DNA from: Sphagnum compactum
Lineage: Eukaryota
Assembly: GCA_965153455.1 (NCBI GenBank)
Contig: OZ234493.1
Coordinates: 4,898,001 to 4,962,000, forward strand
Direction: 5' to 3'
DNA length: 64,000 nucleotides
The notes below the pieces were generated by a model. The model was not told the origin of the DNA and did no database searches. It was given only the letters and a program-made list of their open reading frames with translations. Below are positions 1-14,960 of this stretch, in pieces. The translations under genes were made by a program, and so were the position numbers. Every line of letters starts with the position of its first letter. The stretch's first letter is position 1.

Positions 1-3000
1 ACTGGCAATAGAAGCAGTCCAACACCTGCTCCCAGTAGTCCTGGAGGGACCCCAGTCCTGTCAGTATCAACTGTATCAATACAACCTAACATTACAGGGG
101 AAAATAAACATGAGACGCCTGAGAAAAAAAATGCCGAAGGAGATGTGGCCATTACTTCATCATCTAATGAGAAAAACTTGAGCTATGTACTGCTACCCTT
201 TAATGGAAATCCTGAACCTGCCAAATTGGCAGCTGCAATGTCAGACATCCAGGAGGTGGATGCAGGAACCACCCGCAGTCCTCTCCTGAGTGATTCAGCA
301 AAACAATTGGATGTTGTGAAGAGGTTAGTGATGATGATTGTATGCCTGTGTGCATTGATTTGCCTTCAAGATGCATTCTAGTTGTGCTATTCAGTGCACA
401 TGATGATGGTTAAGGAACCTTCTGTTTTTGTTCTGGCTTAACGGAGATCCAAATGTGTGTTTCTTTAGATCTGTGCAACTAACTCCTGAAGGTGAGCTTG
501 ATCAAGTCAACAAATTCGACATTGATTTGATGGTGAGTTGTGCTTCATCCTCTTGCTTCCATTGTACAAGTCTATTTTTCCTTTCATGTGGCATATAAGC
601 TTGCTTCACCTGTCTGAGAAGGCTTTCGTTCCTCTGCAGGTGCCAAGAACGAAGGCAGCTGCAGTGTCTTTGGTCCATGAGAGGAACAATGGTGTTGCTG
701 GAGTACCAGTGGACAAAGGGCAAGAAAAACCTCTGGTATGCGAACAACTCCTGACTTTAGTGTACAGTCTGGTGCATGTCAGATGGTTTGCAAGGCATTT
801 CTGTTCTCTTTGTGAAATGATGTTGCTTGTTGATTGTAACTATCTGATTGTGCAAATTTCTTTCCTTATCCAGGTGGATTTGAGTGTCCTTTCTCCAGTT
901 GGAAGTGAGTTGAGTGAAAAGTACAAAGAGGAGAAGCAAGAGCTGCAAGACAGAGAAGAGACACACAGAGAGATGAAAAGAGAGCAAAGAAGCGAGGATA
1001 GAGAGAGAACTGATTTAAGCAAACCTCCACCACAATGGGCAAGTAAAGGTGTTAAGCCTGAGTCAAGACTGCCAAAGTCTGAAAAAGCTTGTGAGTTGCT
1101 TCAAACTCAAACTGGCAATAGTTTTTTAGTATGGCTAGAGGTTTGAATTTGCTTGATGAACTTTGCTGTCACACATTCTAAAATTTAAAATTTCAGGATT
1201 TAAGTGGAGAAATCTGTATGTCAGCTGCCTCAATGGTCTGATTGTGTGCAGTGGCATCCTCTCTTTTGGCTTCATCAGCAGCTTCACCCATGTCTTCAGG
1301 AATGACTGGTTGGCCAGGAGCTATGTCCTCTCTTGGGTAAGTTGTGGTGGTTTGCTTCTTGTTGCAGTCTCTTCTTAACCTCTGTTTTGTATTGGTCTTG
1401 CTTCAGCACAGCAGCTCCTATATTGAGATGTGCTTGCTATCATGCAGTTACTTCCCAGTAGCAGCAGCTGCTGCAGCTGCAGCTTCCATGACTGGTTCTT
1501 CTTCAGTAGATAAAAACCCACAACCAAGGGTAAATTCTTGCCATACATTTTCTTCTGCACTCAGATTTTGAGCTTTTGAAGAGCAATGTAAATAAAGCAG
1601 TTTGCAATTGCATGGACTAGAGCTTTTGTAGGGGTTTTTGTTGGGTTATACTATTTAATTATTGACTTTGCATATAAATTCTCAGAGCCCTTGACAAAGG
1701 GATGTGTTGATGCAGGTATCTCCTTTCTCAAACAGTCCACCACGGCAGCCATGGAAGCGCTGTGCATCTCATGTCTGGATTGCACATTTCATTGATGCAC
1801 AGCAGCAGGTCAACCAACATCCTTTCTTTGTTGCAGGACTTTATGGAGCGAAGTCTTACAACCAAAATATGTCACTTCTGCCCCCTGGGGCGGCTCTCTA
1901 TGGAAGTAGTGGCGGGGCTGCCCAGGTGCCTTCTGTTCCAGGGTCTCCTATGAGCTCTGCTATTGCACTTGGTGTAGGTCTTGGAGTGGGGGAAGGAGCT
2001 TTGGGTGCAACTACTATCTCAGCAGCCAAAGATAGGGAGAGGGAGATGATAGCAGCAGCCACCTTCATGGAAGTTTTAAGCCGTAATGCAGTTCTGCAAC
2101 AGCAGCAGCCAATTCTCTCCTTGCAGGTTTGATTTGGACTTTTGTAAACATTTGGATTTGGACATCCTTGTAGATGCTGTGGTCCTCTCACAGTCTTGCT
2201 TTCTCATGATCCTGATGGATAATTGTAACAAGCTGCTCTTGTTTCATGAATCTACTGCAGTGATATCCTCTGAGGTTGTGTATATTCTGACACTGATCAT
2301 GAAATGCCTTCTGCAAAGTTTTACTGATACTAAGGGAGTAGCTTTGTATGCAGCCAGGAGCCGTATTTGGATCTTCTGGGACACAACCTGGAACCATTAT
2401 GATGGCTAGCAGTGGTTTGAGTGCTGAAGTTGTCAGTGGTATTGCTGATGGTGGTGCAAATATGGGAAACCCAGCATTGCCAGGAATCAGCTCAGGGCCA
2501 GGAAGAGGCTCTCTAATGGCTGGGAGTCTTGGTCCAGCTGGGGGACCTGGGATTGTGGCAAGCAACCAGGTTGTTGCTGCTGTTAATGCTGCTGCAATGC
2601 AGGAACAGTATTCGCATGTGATCAAGCAGAACCTGGGGTCACCATACCATCAGTATCCAAGCTCCCATTTTGGTCCAACCTTCAATGGTCCTCCTGCAAA
2701 CATGGGGACCCAACAGGTGGTGACACTTTCAATCTCTCTTTAGTCGAAGTTTCTTGTTCCTTATAGCCGCTCTTTACTTCTGAGCTATTCCTCAATAACT
2801 ATTTGAGCTTGGGTTGTCTGATGTGCAGGCTGCAGCACAGTTCTTCGCTGGTGTGCCTTTCTTTGGGCAGCAGTTAGTTTCACCTTCACAACAGTCTGCA
2901 CATCAAACATCACTTGTTGCAAGTGGTGGTGGACCCGTGCCTCCCCAGAATCAACAACAACAGGGGGTGCACAGATTCGCACCCACAGGATCTCCACATC

Positions 3001-5753
3001 CACAACAGTGTCCTTTGCAAACCCCATCCCATTCCCCTTCACAGTACCAAGTTCAATCTAAGTCTGACAGAGATGGTTGGGATGGGCCTTCTGGAGAAGA
3101 CAGTGGCTCTGTGGTTGAGAGCAAGTTCCCAATCTTACACAGGCATCCATATGGTCAGGGGTCAGCCAGTGTTGCTAATGTGAGCATTCCCTCAGCTGCA
3201 GTCCAGACTCAGCCCTCACATCAGGATTTCAGTATTTTTGCAACATTAGGGAAGCAAAATAAGTGGGAGCACCAACAGCAACAGCAGCATGCTGCTGCAC
3301 AGCAACTGCAAGAGTCTCAACCACAGCCTTCTCTATCCTCTCACCAACACCAACAACAGCAAGCTGCTGCACAACATTTGCAAATCAAGTTAAAAGGACT
3401 TGATCCTCAGTCCTCTCAGGCATTCTCAGCCATGACAATGGCAGCTGCAATGAACAGAGGTCCTGTTGGTCCTGGACCATTGGGACTTGCACCAGTGGCT
3501 GCAGTAATGGCATCCCAGGGGCATGCTGTGCTGCAGAGCATGGCTGATGCTGTGCGCATCCATCCACGCCAATCTCCTCATAACTCATCAGGCTCTGGTG
3601 CTCCTCACCCATCTCTGATTCACCAGCAGCAACAACAGATGCAGCAACTCCAATTCCAGCAGCAGCATAGATCTGTACAGATGCAAAGAGGACCAATGGG
3701 TGTTGAAGAGGGGCACACGGTTGCAGAAGCCAGCAACCATACTAGTAACACCGGTGCTAGGCGGGAGCAAGATCCTGGGCAGGACAGGAAGATGAGTGTA
3801 AAACGACCAATTGGTTCATCCTCTCCATTGTCTCGTGTTGACTTCGACACCACACCAACAAGGGGGAATACTCACAATGAGACACCAACATTGAATTCAA
3901 CTGCAGCCACAAGTGCAATCATGTCCACCCATCCAACTGGCCACATTGCTAAAGGTGGTGTGCCACCACCTGTTGTACAGGCAATTCAGGCCCCGAAGCA
4001 ATCAATGGTCCACACAAAAGGAAGACCAGGTGCAAATACTGCAAGCACAGCTGCCTTGAATCAGTCAAACATGGTCTCGTATGCTGATAATGGTCCTCCA
4101 GCAGCTCCTTTATTGACTGCCAAGGTATCTGTGCCTGGGTTATCACTAGCAGGGCAGACTGCCATATCTGCCAGCAATGGAGCAAGGCAGACTCCAATTC
4201 CACAGCACCCATGCCTGAATCCTTCACAGAGGACCTCAATGGGTATGAATCCAACTTCTCCAGGAACTGACCCAAAGGTGGGGCTTGCTGTTGCCATGGC
4301 AAAGGTGCAAAGAACGGAGTCTAAGCTGCAACAGTCTCTCTTGCCACAAGTGGCTCTAGACACAGGGTCAGTGTCTTGGATATCCTCTGCAGTTTCAGGT
4401 TCTCCTACAACTTCAAGTACATCAGCACTATCCCCTCTACCAGCTGGGTCAAAGCCATCAGCAGCAGATGGGGCCAAACAGGGCTCTTTTGGGAAAGGTT
4501 CTTCCTCCTTTCCAACTGCGCAAAAGTCAGTTGGGGCTGTGCCAGGCAATTGGGCTTTATCTCCTGTACTTTCCCAGCACATCATTCTTGGACACAGTCA
4601 CAGTCCCAGTCCCAGTTCCAGTCTTGGAAACAAAAGCTTGTCAGCAAAACTGCCTCAGCAGCAGCAGCAGTATCCGCAGCCCTCGCAGATGCACAAACAG
4701 CAAAATCCCCAACAACAGCAGCAACTTTTCCAGCAGCAGCAATTTACAAACTCACAGTCTCAGCTGTTGCCATCACCTCCACCACAGCACCCTCAGCAGT
4801 TGTTGCAACAGCCACAGCATAGCCCTCCCTTGACACAGGCACATCTGCAGCAGAATCCCACTCACCAACATCCAGTGCAGCATTTGAACCAGGGACAGTC
4901 AGCACCAAGCAACAATGGCAATATTGCAAATTCAGGCCAGAGCTCTATTTCAGAGGTCATAAATGATCCGCAGGCTACAAATGCAAGGCCGGCTCCATCT
5001 AACCTCTCAGTATCACCATTACCTGGATCTGGATCACAGAGGGGAAGCAGCAGTTCAGCTGCTGCTATTTTGCATCCTCAGTGCAGTTCATTGCAGGGTA
5101 TGACATCCACTCCCCCAGTCATGCATCCAAGCATTTACCATAACAGCATTTCTTTTTACCTGTACTCTGCTGCTGCTGTTGGCAGGGGTGGGAGGAAACC
5201 CAGTGATGTGAAAACTTTAGGAGCTCGTTACACAAAACCATTCAGTTCTTAATCCATGGTGTTCTATCTATGGCACTGTGTATTTTAGAATTGATTCAAT
5301 TGTAATGTACGTATGCAATTGGGTTTTGCAGAATTAAACAGCCCAGAACAGCTTAACAGTGTGAGATCGATGAAAGTTCCAGCGTCTATGAGAACAGCTA
5401 CTTCCCCACCAGCAGCTAGTCCATCTCCAATTCCTGAGCTGTCCTCCGTGCAACAAATTGGTAGCCCAACTCAAGGAAAGTCAAGCAGTGGGCAGTTTGT
5501 GACAGGAAGCAATCATGGTGACAAAATGTTGTCCCAAAGCTCTTTGATGCAACCAGTGACCCCTTCCTCTACTATCAATGGTTCACCAAATCACCCAGCA
5601 AATAATGATATCTCAAATGGATGCATTGGGTCAGATGCGCAACCACCTACAATTGTGGTTGGTAGTTCCACAGCAGTTCAACAAGGAAATGTGAATTCAT
5701 TTCAAATGCACCCACCATTGTCTCTCTCGATGGTGACTGAAAGTGTTGTGTGA
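1..5753 (+). CDS. TIC: TIME FOR COFFEE-like nuclear clock regulator, 3' part, multi-exon (5' end outside window)
   Basis: GT-AG exons read from sequence: <1-323, 469-532 (KFDIDLM), 640-735, 874-1090, 1252-1336 (MTGWPGAMSSLG), 1448-1529, 1716-2126 (QPWKRCASHVWIAHFI..HPFF..LYGAK), 2354-2716, 2829-~5200 (Q/S/P-rich) and probably 5332-5753. These motifs match, in order, the conserved TIC motifs KFxIDLM, GWPG and PKRCATHCYIA..LYGAK. The last donor is uncertain; an alternative stop lies at 5252. Confidence 0.78.
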
Positions 5754-7469
5754 ACAGGACCCTTGGCTAGTGCTGTGTAACCATAGAATTGTCAATGATT
5801 ACTTTGTCAGTGGATATGGCACCAGAGACACATAGCATTACAAATTCTTCTTTGTTGCTGTTAATTCGATAAGGTAGGCACTTCACCCTACTGTGCCAGC
5901 TGCTCTCCAGATGGGTCAGTATTTTGAGGGAAGGTCTTCTGATTTCTCAGAGCATACAGGGAAGTGGTGCTTGGAAGTTGTGATATAAAGGTAGCCATAT
6001 TTTCTCTCCTCTTGAATATGAGTCAGAATGTTTTTGGTCTTGCATCTTATCTGCCTTATGGAATCCATGAGTCTATAGCATGGAGTCTGTTCAACCCTGT
6101 AGACACTCTGTGTGCTTATCTTACAGTGAAGTGTGTACCTGCTAGATTGCTGACAGAGATGTTGTACATGGGAGAAAAGAATGGGAATTTACAAGTCTGT
6201 GTGTGTTGTTTGCAGATGGGAGGTCCATCAGAGTTGCAGCCCTATCACAGCAGATGTCTAAGGTGCTGGTGGATCTAGAGCAAATTGAACTGAGGTTTGC
6301 TTTGCTTATTTACATAGACACAGCTTTTTGTAGCTGAGAGACTGTTGCGGCTGTACAGGGACATGATTGTAGGATTCTAATCCATGCTTCTGATGAAGGC
6401 GTCACCTTTACACAAACCCATTTCTCTGTATTATGTGGGCTTTAAGCCCTTTTGTGAGCTTGAGCCAGCCTGTTGTCATTAAAAGAACATGTATTTGTGT
6501 CCTTTGATTAGGTTAACCTGCCAGTTATCAGAATGTTATTGTGGCAGATAGATTTGAACCCATGAGGATGCTGAGGAGGTCAGTTGTTGAAGTGTTTGTT
6601 CCATAGTCACCCAACTTTTGATTACATTGTAGTTTACAGACAAAATGAGTGAGAATTTTGAACTTGGTGGATGCTATTCAGTAGTTTATAGATCGACAAT
6701 TTCATCTCTTTCAAAAGCTTCTTCAAATTGTTCCAACTCCTCTTCTAGGTCTGCATTTATCGCAGGAAGTTTTAAAAGGTTAGAAGAGGATTTACAATCA
6801 ACTTTAAAATAATTATGTCAATTCTTGTTCACAATAATTAAATATTCTCTGATTGCAGACGACATCTTCTCAAATTAGTGAGGTTTCTAGCCAGGGAAAA
6901 GATCATTTCAGTCATTATTCTTAAAATCTAATGAGCAAGAAACCCAAATGTGGGAAACATGGCTTCATGTTTCTTCCACCATCGACAAGGACATTTGATC
7001 TTATACACATCCACATGATAATATCAAGAAATCAATAGTTCCCTCTTAGCAAGCTTTTTAGCTAATTTAGTACTCCTTATTGTCATTTAAAAAATATGCA
7101 AATTGTTATTGTCATGTAGCAAAATCATTCTCAAATTCTATCGATGGATGCAAACGATAATAACATTTCATGAGCATATGATATAATGACATTGTATCAT
7201 ATTGTAAAAGAAGGTGCCAAAAAAGGTGGGGTTAAGAGAAACATACCTTATGAGGTGAAGATCTCAAAATGTGTTTGATGCAGTAACTCCAAACATATGA
7301 AAACAACAATAACTACATACACAAACATTGATCAAATTTGAAAAAAAACAAAAACAAAAACAAATTAAAAAGGTTTAAAAAATACCTTGGATTTTAATGT
7401 AAGAACTCCACTAATAACAATTTGACCAACAATATCAACAACTCCCACCAGTAGCTCTATGAACAACAA

Positions 7470-8065
7470 AGAACACCAAAACCAAGAACACACAAAGCAT
7501 GGAATGCCCAAAACAAGAACACATAGATTGAAGAATGCCCAAAGCAAGAGCACACAAAACAAATAACACCTAGAACAAGAGCACACAACAAGGAATGCCT
7601 AGAGCAAGAGTTCACAAAATGAAAAACGTCCAAAGCAAGAACACACAAAATGAAGAACACCAAAAATAAAAACATAGATTGAAAAGCACCTTTTGCAAGA
7701 GCTCACAAAGTAAAAACACAAAGTGAAGAATGCTTAGAACAAGAACACAAAGCAAGGAACACCCAAAACAAAATATAAAATAAAACGTTTAGAGCAAGAA
7801 CATAGAATGAGGAGCATTCAAAGCAAAAGCTCATAAAGCAAGGATTGCTAAAAGCAAGAGTTCATAGAGCAACGAATGCCCAAAGCAAGAACACACAGAG
7901 CAAGGAGTGCCTAAAGTCAGAACACATAGAATGGGAATGCCCAAAGTAAAAGCACATAGAGTGAGTAATGCCCAAAACAAAGAGCACAGAGTAGGAACAC
8001 CTAGAGCAAGAGCACACAGACCAAGGAGCAACCAAAACAAAAGCACATGGAGCGAGAGACACCTA
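7470..8065. repeat. Degenerate ~31-bp minisatellite (GAATGCCCAAAGCAAGAACACACAGAGCAAG-like)
   Basis: Recurring CAAGARCACA and GAATGCC motifs at ~31-bp spacing over ~600 bp; the overlapping ORFs are periodic low-complexity artefacts. Confidence 0.8.
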
Positions 8066-8505
8066 GAAGCTTCAATTGAAGCTAACCTCCTTGCAACTAC
8101 AACAACAAGCAATGAGACAAAAACACAATCAAAAGGAAACACATGCAAAAGCAAGAAGCACAAAGCAAAAAAGAAAACTCACCTTGAATAAGTGAGTTCA
8201 TGTTCCTCTTGTTTATAAAAAATGTTAAACCTACACACTTGTCCTAAACCCTAATTTGCCACAAAAACCTCCATGGGCGCCCTAATCTATACTCAGCCAC
8301 CCTAAGCTCTAACCCTTAATCTAAACAGCTATCCTAATCCCTATTAAGAACTAAGAATCATACCCAGAGTAATTAGTATAATCTCCCGGGTATATCATTA
8401 AAAAAGTACCTGAATTCTAAAAGAACTGGTTCCCACCTGAATATTATCATGACAGGTGGGTATCAGCTTGGGTATACCCCTAATGGTACCTGGCCAGTTC
8501 TGTGA

Positions 8506-8525
8506 AAGAGAGAGAGAGAGAGAGA
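8506..8525. repeat. (AG)n microsatellite
   Basis: Run of about 10 AG units. Confidence 0.9.
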
Positions 8526-11500
8526 ATCGGCTCATACCTGACCGGGGTTCTGGATGAAAACTCCATACCCACCCAACACCGGTTCGGAAGTGTAAGTATC
8601 CACAAAATACACTAATCCTTGAAAGGGCCAATACAAAAGAAACTAATTGCTTTTTAGGCATTTAAAAACAGTCTCTCACTTTAGGCTCTCCAATTTTTCA
8701 TTTTTATGGGTGGTACATTGATATTTTTTTCAACGTTCTGATGTTGCGTCATTGGCTATCATCCCAAGAGGGATTTAGCATTAAATGGCAACAGATTTTA
8801 AGACTTGTCTAGGTAGTTTTTTAAATAGTTTTAAAATTGCTTATGAAACTAAAATCAGAGTCCAAATGTGGTGAATGTCTTTCAATTTTTTTTCAGAAAA
8901 ACACTAATATTGTGACACCATGTTCCCTTCTTACTCTTATTTCTTGCATTTTGGGCGATTTTTGCAGCCAAAAAAGCGGTTTGTGTGTATGGGGAAATAA
9001 TTAACACTTTATGTTGGATGTCACATAAACACTTATAGAGGCCCCAATAGAGGCTGTGGGTGGAGATGCTCTACAGCATGCCCAGTGGCAGCCCTCTATA
9101 CAGATTTACCACATGTGGTGTGCACTATTGAGTTTCTCCCTGCATGAACCTGAAAAGACCAACTGTACAAAGTGAGAGTATATTTAACTCTCACCACCTG
9201 AGCCAATCACTGTAGTTGGCCAAAAAGAAACAGTCATTTACTGCTGAGAAACAGTCCTTTCATGATACACGTGCTCGTGCATGGTTGCCAACAGGGATGT
9301 TTTTATCAACCCAAAGATTCCCCGTGTTTTTCTGCAAATCTTCATCCAATGTACTGCTGCCATCCGGCATGCTCTTAGTACTTATTGATACTACTGTTTG
9401 CTTCTGAGAGATCAAAGACAAAGGACTTTAGAAGGCAATATAACTTTCAGTGCACGTTTCAAGTGGTAGAAGGTCAAATTCACTGAGAGATTTTATTCAA
9501 AAGCTTTCCCTTGAAGAGTAAGCCCCTCTTTATTGTCTGGAAGGACAGTTTCAATCCCCTGCACAAATAACCAAGGTTAGGTGTGCGACTGTTTCTCATT
9601 TGGGAAGGAAGAAATAACCAAGGGTACCAGCCGAGACTCTTTCACGTTTGGGAATTCTCTAGTGATGACAGCTTCCCCACTGTCGGAAACAGCTATTGTT
9701 TTTATCTGAAAGTTGAGAGATTCATTCATCCCTTCATGCAGGAAGCAATGGGAATATTGTGGCGTGGGTTAGTATGTCATGCTCAAGGAATGGATTTGTC
9801 TTTGGGACATGTTCATATCTATGACCCGGTTCCAGCACCAATTTGTTTGAATCAAGAAAACCCCCCTTAAAGTGTAACAAGTACTCTGCAATCAGAAGAC
9901 AATTGCAGCTTTTGCTGCCTGCATACAGTGCAGAGCTAGCTTGGGGTCTTTTGCTTATTTCCAGAAGATTAACTGTCTATTGTATCATTGACCCTGTTGA
10001 ATGTTCCAATGACAAAGTTTCCCAAGTTTGGAGTGTGAAATGAAAGTATAGCTGGACTTTATTTTGAGCGTTTTTTGAGGTCATAGCTAGATGGTTTTTT
10101 TTTTCTTGGGGGTGAATTTTTGCATCATGGCAAGTTCTTTTTGGGAAAATTTCTGGTTTTTGGGAAAGTTTTGCAAAATTTTCAACCTCAAAAAAATTCA
10201 GAAAATAATTCCCTGTTCATAGCATATTGAGTAATGTAGTCTATATTATGCAAAGTGTTATTTATCCTTTCTTGATAGTGGACTGGTTGTGATTGCACAG
10301 ACGTTAATGGAGGTGCAGGTTTAAGCCTTGTGAACATTTTTTTCACACCTGTTTTTCGCCTGGCGTTGGGGTCGACAAAACACCCAGAGCCCGGATAGTT
10401 CAAAGTGAAATGTGAAGTGTGCATTTCTGAGCGAACGTAGAAGACGAAAGAAAAGGGTGATGAGGCCTTGAGGTCCCCACAATAATTATGCTGCACCAGG
10501 GAGTACAGATCTGTGAATCAACTAAGATTTGTTAGCAGACAAGAAAGCATGTATCAGATAGCTTCTTTTGAACCATTTCTTGGCTAACGTGAACTACGAT
10601 GTAAAACTCTCAGAATCGACAGAGAAAGCTGTGAGTCAAATGATTTGAAAGAGATTGGAGATTGTTTACAACATAAGAATGAATCCCTGTGATTGTCCTG
10701 TTGGACCGACATTCTTGAATTATGGCTTGCAATATGTGGGATCTGGAAATTGTTGCCTAGTTGATTGCTGGGTCAATACGTCAATACCCATATCTTAGGT
10801 AAGTAAGATGGGTTAAATTGGCTAAATCAACGTGGACTTTCATTTCCAACAGGGCAAGTGGAAAGTTGAATCATTTCCTATGAAAAAAAAAAGCTAAACT
10901 TATTCCTTGTTCCCTTGAAAACAATAAGCATGGACAACTACTAAATTATCAATTAAGCAGGACTGTTTGGATTGGCTCTACACCCTATAGTGCTAGGTAC
11001 ATAATGGATGCATCATTTATGACCAAGTGACTCTTCACCATATTAAGAAAGGCTAGGGAATCCTTCCAGATTTATGGTGCTGGAAATCTCCCAGCCCTAA
11101 CATGGTTGAGGGTCAGGGCGGGTATCATCCTAGCCGATTCTCGAAGAGTGGGTTTTGTCATGTTAAAGAACCTAGAATTCTCTCTCAACCTAATGGTTCT
11201 CACAAGAAGTGATAACCTGACTGAAACCAGACTGATTAATCAGGTATCATGAGGATTTTGATACCCATCCAACATTGATGATCACCTTTGTATTCCACAA
11301 CAATTGGAAACCTTGGTGTACACAACTACATATATTATCACTCCTTAGTCATCAAATGAAGAAAATAGAGTGAAATAGGATTCTCTTTTTTTTTCACTTT
11401 GAAATAGAGGAATGAAGCATTCTATTTTCTCAATTATGTTTTTTTGAAGTTCTCATGCATTTTGTGTACATGTTTGATTAGGAATTGTTTATAGGATTTT

Positions 11501-12384
11501 TAAATTTTCATTTTGTATGTACTTGTTGCTATTTTCAAAAACTCGTTATTGAGTAAATAAGAGGTAAAAACTTTGATGGGAATAAAGAAAAACCAATTAA
11601 CATTTGATGACCACACTATGAATCAAAATTCAGAAGCATTCATGCTTAGAATTTTTGGTTATATTCATTATTTAGATCAGATTTCAAATGCACTAGCATT
11701 TAGAAATTGTCATTTGTGCAATTTTTATGATAAAGGTTTCTATTTCTTGATTGATTTTGAAAGCACTAGGTAATAGGTTGAAGTTAGTGTAAATCTTTTG
11801 AAGAAAATCAAGTGTCAAATCTCAAAAAAAGAATTTACAAGTTTTTGACTACTAAGAGGAGTCGATTTGATTTTAGGTTCAAAAATAATGCAAGGGCTTC
11901 TCTAAAACATCTTGATTTCAAAAAATGTCAATAGTAGTCACTATAAGTTTTTTAAAACAGTTGGATTAGGTTACACATAAACTTGTGTCAAAACCTGCAC
12001 AAATACAAAATGAACATCAAGTGCAACCTATGGGGATGAACCAGTGAATGCACTAAACATGGATGCAGCACAAAGGGTACAAGCCAACGAACAACATCAA
12101 AATGCAGCTGAACTGGTTATGTAGAAAGACCCAACCGTGCTCTCAACCACTCACAATACTGCAAAAACAAGTTATTTTGGCCTCATTTGGACGAGTGTCA
12201 AAAAGACCATCTTGTTAATCTGGACAAGTCAATTTGGACCTATCCTGCTAACTAGGGTGGTCTTTTTTACTAATAGATTATTGGACTATTTGATTGGTCA
12301 TTCTGACTACTAGACAATGGACCATTCGACTAGTCAAATTTCTACCCAATTGTTTTTGGGATTATTACCACACACAAAGAAAAA

Positions 12385-13180
12385 TTGTAGGTAGGTAGGT
12401 TTTAACTAAGTTTAAGTAGGTAGGTGGTAGCCTAACCTAACCTATTTAATTTAGCCTAGTCTATTTAACCTTCCTAACTTAACTTAACTTAACCTAGCTT
12501 GCCTACCTTAATTCTTTAAACATGTATATAGGTTTAAAGTATTAGGAATTAAACCCCTTACCTCCCAAATGATAAACTAAGTCCTTACTAATGGATTACA
12601 CCTTCCAAAGTTCACAAAACTTGTCAAGTTTTTTACTTCACTTGTTATATTTCACATCATTAGTTATGTAAGTAAGTAAAAAAGTTAGGTAAATAGTAGG
12701 TAGGTTGCATGATGTTTGGTAGGTAGAAGGGTAGGTAAGTAGGTAGCTTGTAGTCCATAGGAGGTAGGTAACTAGATAGGTCAGTGGGTAGGTAAATACT
12801 GATTTTGGATGGTAGGTGGGACGTAGGTAGGTCGGTAGGTTTGTAGGATGTAGGATGGTAAGGAAGAACTAGACAGTACTTATAGGTAGGTAGGTAAGGA
12901 GGTACATGTAAGTCAGTATGTAAGTAAAGGTGTGAGATGGTAGGTGGGAAGTAAAAGGTAGGTAGATAGGGTTGTACAATGGTAGGTGGGAAGTAGGAGG
13001 TAGGTAAGTAAGGTTTTATGATGGTAGGTGGGAAATAATAGGTAGGTATGTGGGGTTTTATGATGGTAGGTGGAAAGTAGGAGGTAGGTAGGTAAAGTTT
13101 TATGATGGTATGTGGGAAATAGGAGGTAGTAGGTAGGTAGGTACCTATAAGTAGGTACTACGGTTGTACAATGGTAGGTG
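12385..13180. repeat. GGTA-rich simple repeat containing a ~42-bp minisatellite (~12935-13180)
   Basis: Many GTAGGTAGG units. The unit ATGATGGTAGGTGGGAAGTAGGAGGTAGGTAAGTAAGGTTTT recurs, seen as a 14-aa periodicity in the minus-strand ORF. Confidence 0.8.
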
Positions 13181-13879
13181 CACACACTCATGAAAAATAA
13201 TGAACACCCAAAAACGTATAATATGCATTAACATTTTGATTCCTAACCCATTCTTAACCCAATTCCTGATTTTTTTTCCTTTTTAAGTGTCCTTACACTT
13301 TCACATTAGATTTTTTTTCTTATTTATTTTGTACATGCACAAGGAATGGTCCAAACTAGTCATTAAAACAACAAATAGTGAAAATAGTTATCATTTGTGT
13401 TCTTGACATCAATGGCCCTTTGGGGCTTCATGATCTTGATTTCAAAAATTCATAACTAAATCAAAATTGATTCAATCAATTATCTAAAAAGACATCAAGT
13501 AGGTTGGCATTTGAAGTATTATCAAAAATTAACATCTAAAAATAATTCCCAAAAAATAGATTCCTTTTGTGTTCCTGATAAAAAAATCCTTCATGTGACA
13601 TTCTTGAAATTCTTTCCTTATGCATTCGTTTTTCACATTAAAACAAATTTCTTGGTAAATTTAATTAAAGTTTTGAATTCATTGATACAAAAGTGGGTTC
13701 ACTAACTTAAATCACTTGGGACCTTAAAAGTGAAATAAGTTCATTGCACTTTAGTGATTTCACATTGGTTAAGTTATTTCATTATAATATCATTATGTAA
13801 ACATCATGTTTCACTGGTAAGTGACATAATTCACTATTGTACGTTACTGTGATAAATACCTTATGCTAGTTTATGATAT

Positions 13880-14960
13880 ACTTTATATTATTTAGGATAC
13901 TTTAGTTATTCCAACTTATACCCTAAATTATTATAAGTTATTATAAATTATTATACCTTAAACTATTTTTTGTTATTTTACCTTAAGTATCATAACCAGT
14001 GCATTATATTTTTTACTTTAAATTATTTTAAATTAAATTATTCAACTAACCTTAGACTATACCTTAGGTTATTTTATTTAAGTTAATATATGTTATTTCA
14101 AGTTATATTTTAGGTTATTAAAGGTCTAATTATTTTATGTTATTAAATTATTTTATCCAAAATATGAAAATTTTAAATAATCTAAAATAAAATATAATGA
14201 CCTAAGGTAAAATAACTTTAAATAGTTAATAATAGCCTATGAAAAATAATTTAGAATAACTTATAATAAAATAACCACCAATAGCCTATGATAATATAGC
14301 TTATAATATCCAACAATAACTTATAATAAAATTGCCACCAATAGTCATAATATAACCTAGAATAACAAAAAAAACCACCAATAACCCTTAATAAAATAAC
14401 CACCAATAACCTATGATAATTTAACTTAAAATAACCATCAATAACTATTAATAGCCTATGGTAATTAAGCGTAAAATAATGACAAATAGCCTAATTATTA
14501 ATATCCATTAATAGAATGGCCACTAATAACCACCAATATAATTTGTCAATAAAAAAATAATTAATAACCACTAATAGAATATATAGGCACCAATAGCCAC
14601 CAATCGAATAACCACAAATAGCCTATGGTAATGTAACTTAGAATAGCCAATAATAACATAAGGTGAAATAGTTTAAAATAACAAAAAAAATTTATAATAG
14701 TTGCAAATAATCTAAAATGAAATAGCCTACAATAGCCATAAATAATTTACAATAATCGAAAATGACCTAAGGTGAAATAGCCTAAAATAACCAAAAACAA
14801 CATAAAATAATCGAAAGTAACTTAAGGTGAAATAGTTAAAAACGCCCAAAATTAATTAAGAATAACCATAAATAGCTATAAATAATGTAGGGTGAAATAA
14901 TTTAGAATAATGAAAAGTAGCCCGAGAATAGTTGAAAATAACCTAACATAAATAGTATTA
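13880..14960. repeat. Very AT-rich degenerate repeat array (TAAGGTRAAATAR, AATAACC), partly inverted
   Basis: TTATTTTACCTTAAG-type motifs lie left of ~14160, and their reverse complements (CTAAGGTAAAATAAC, TAAGGTGAAATAG) repeat to the right. Confidence 0.55.

Noticed and set aside
7470-8065. CRISPR-like array
   Set aside because: Degenerate tandem units with no unique spacers, no cas genes and a eukaryotic context.
7365-8191. Cys/Leu-rich or Lys/Arg-rich ORFs
   Set aside because: They are translations of the ~31-bp minisatellite.
8730-11300. Second host gene or MITEs
   Set aside because: The short ORFs lack recognisable motifs or a consistent exon chain, and no TIR/TSD pairs could be verified by eye.
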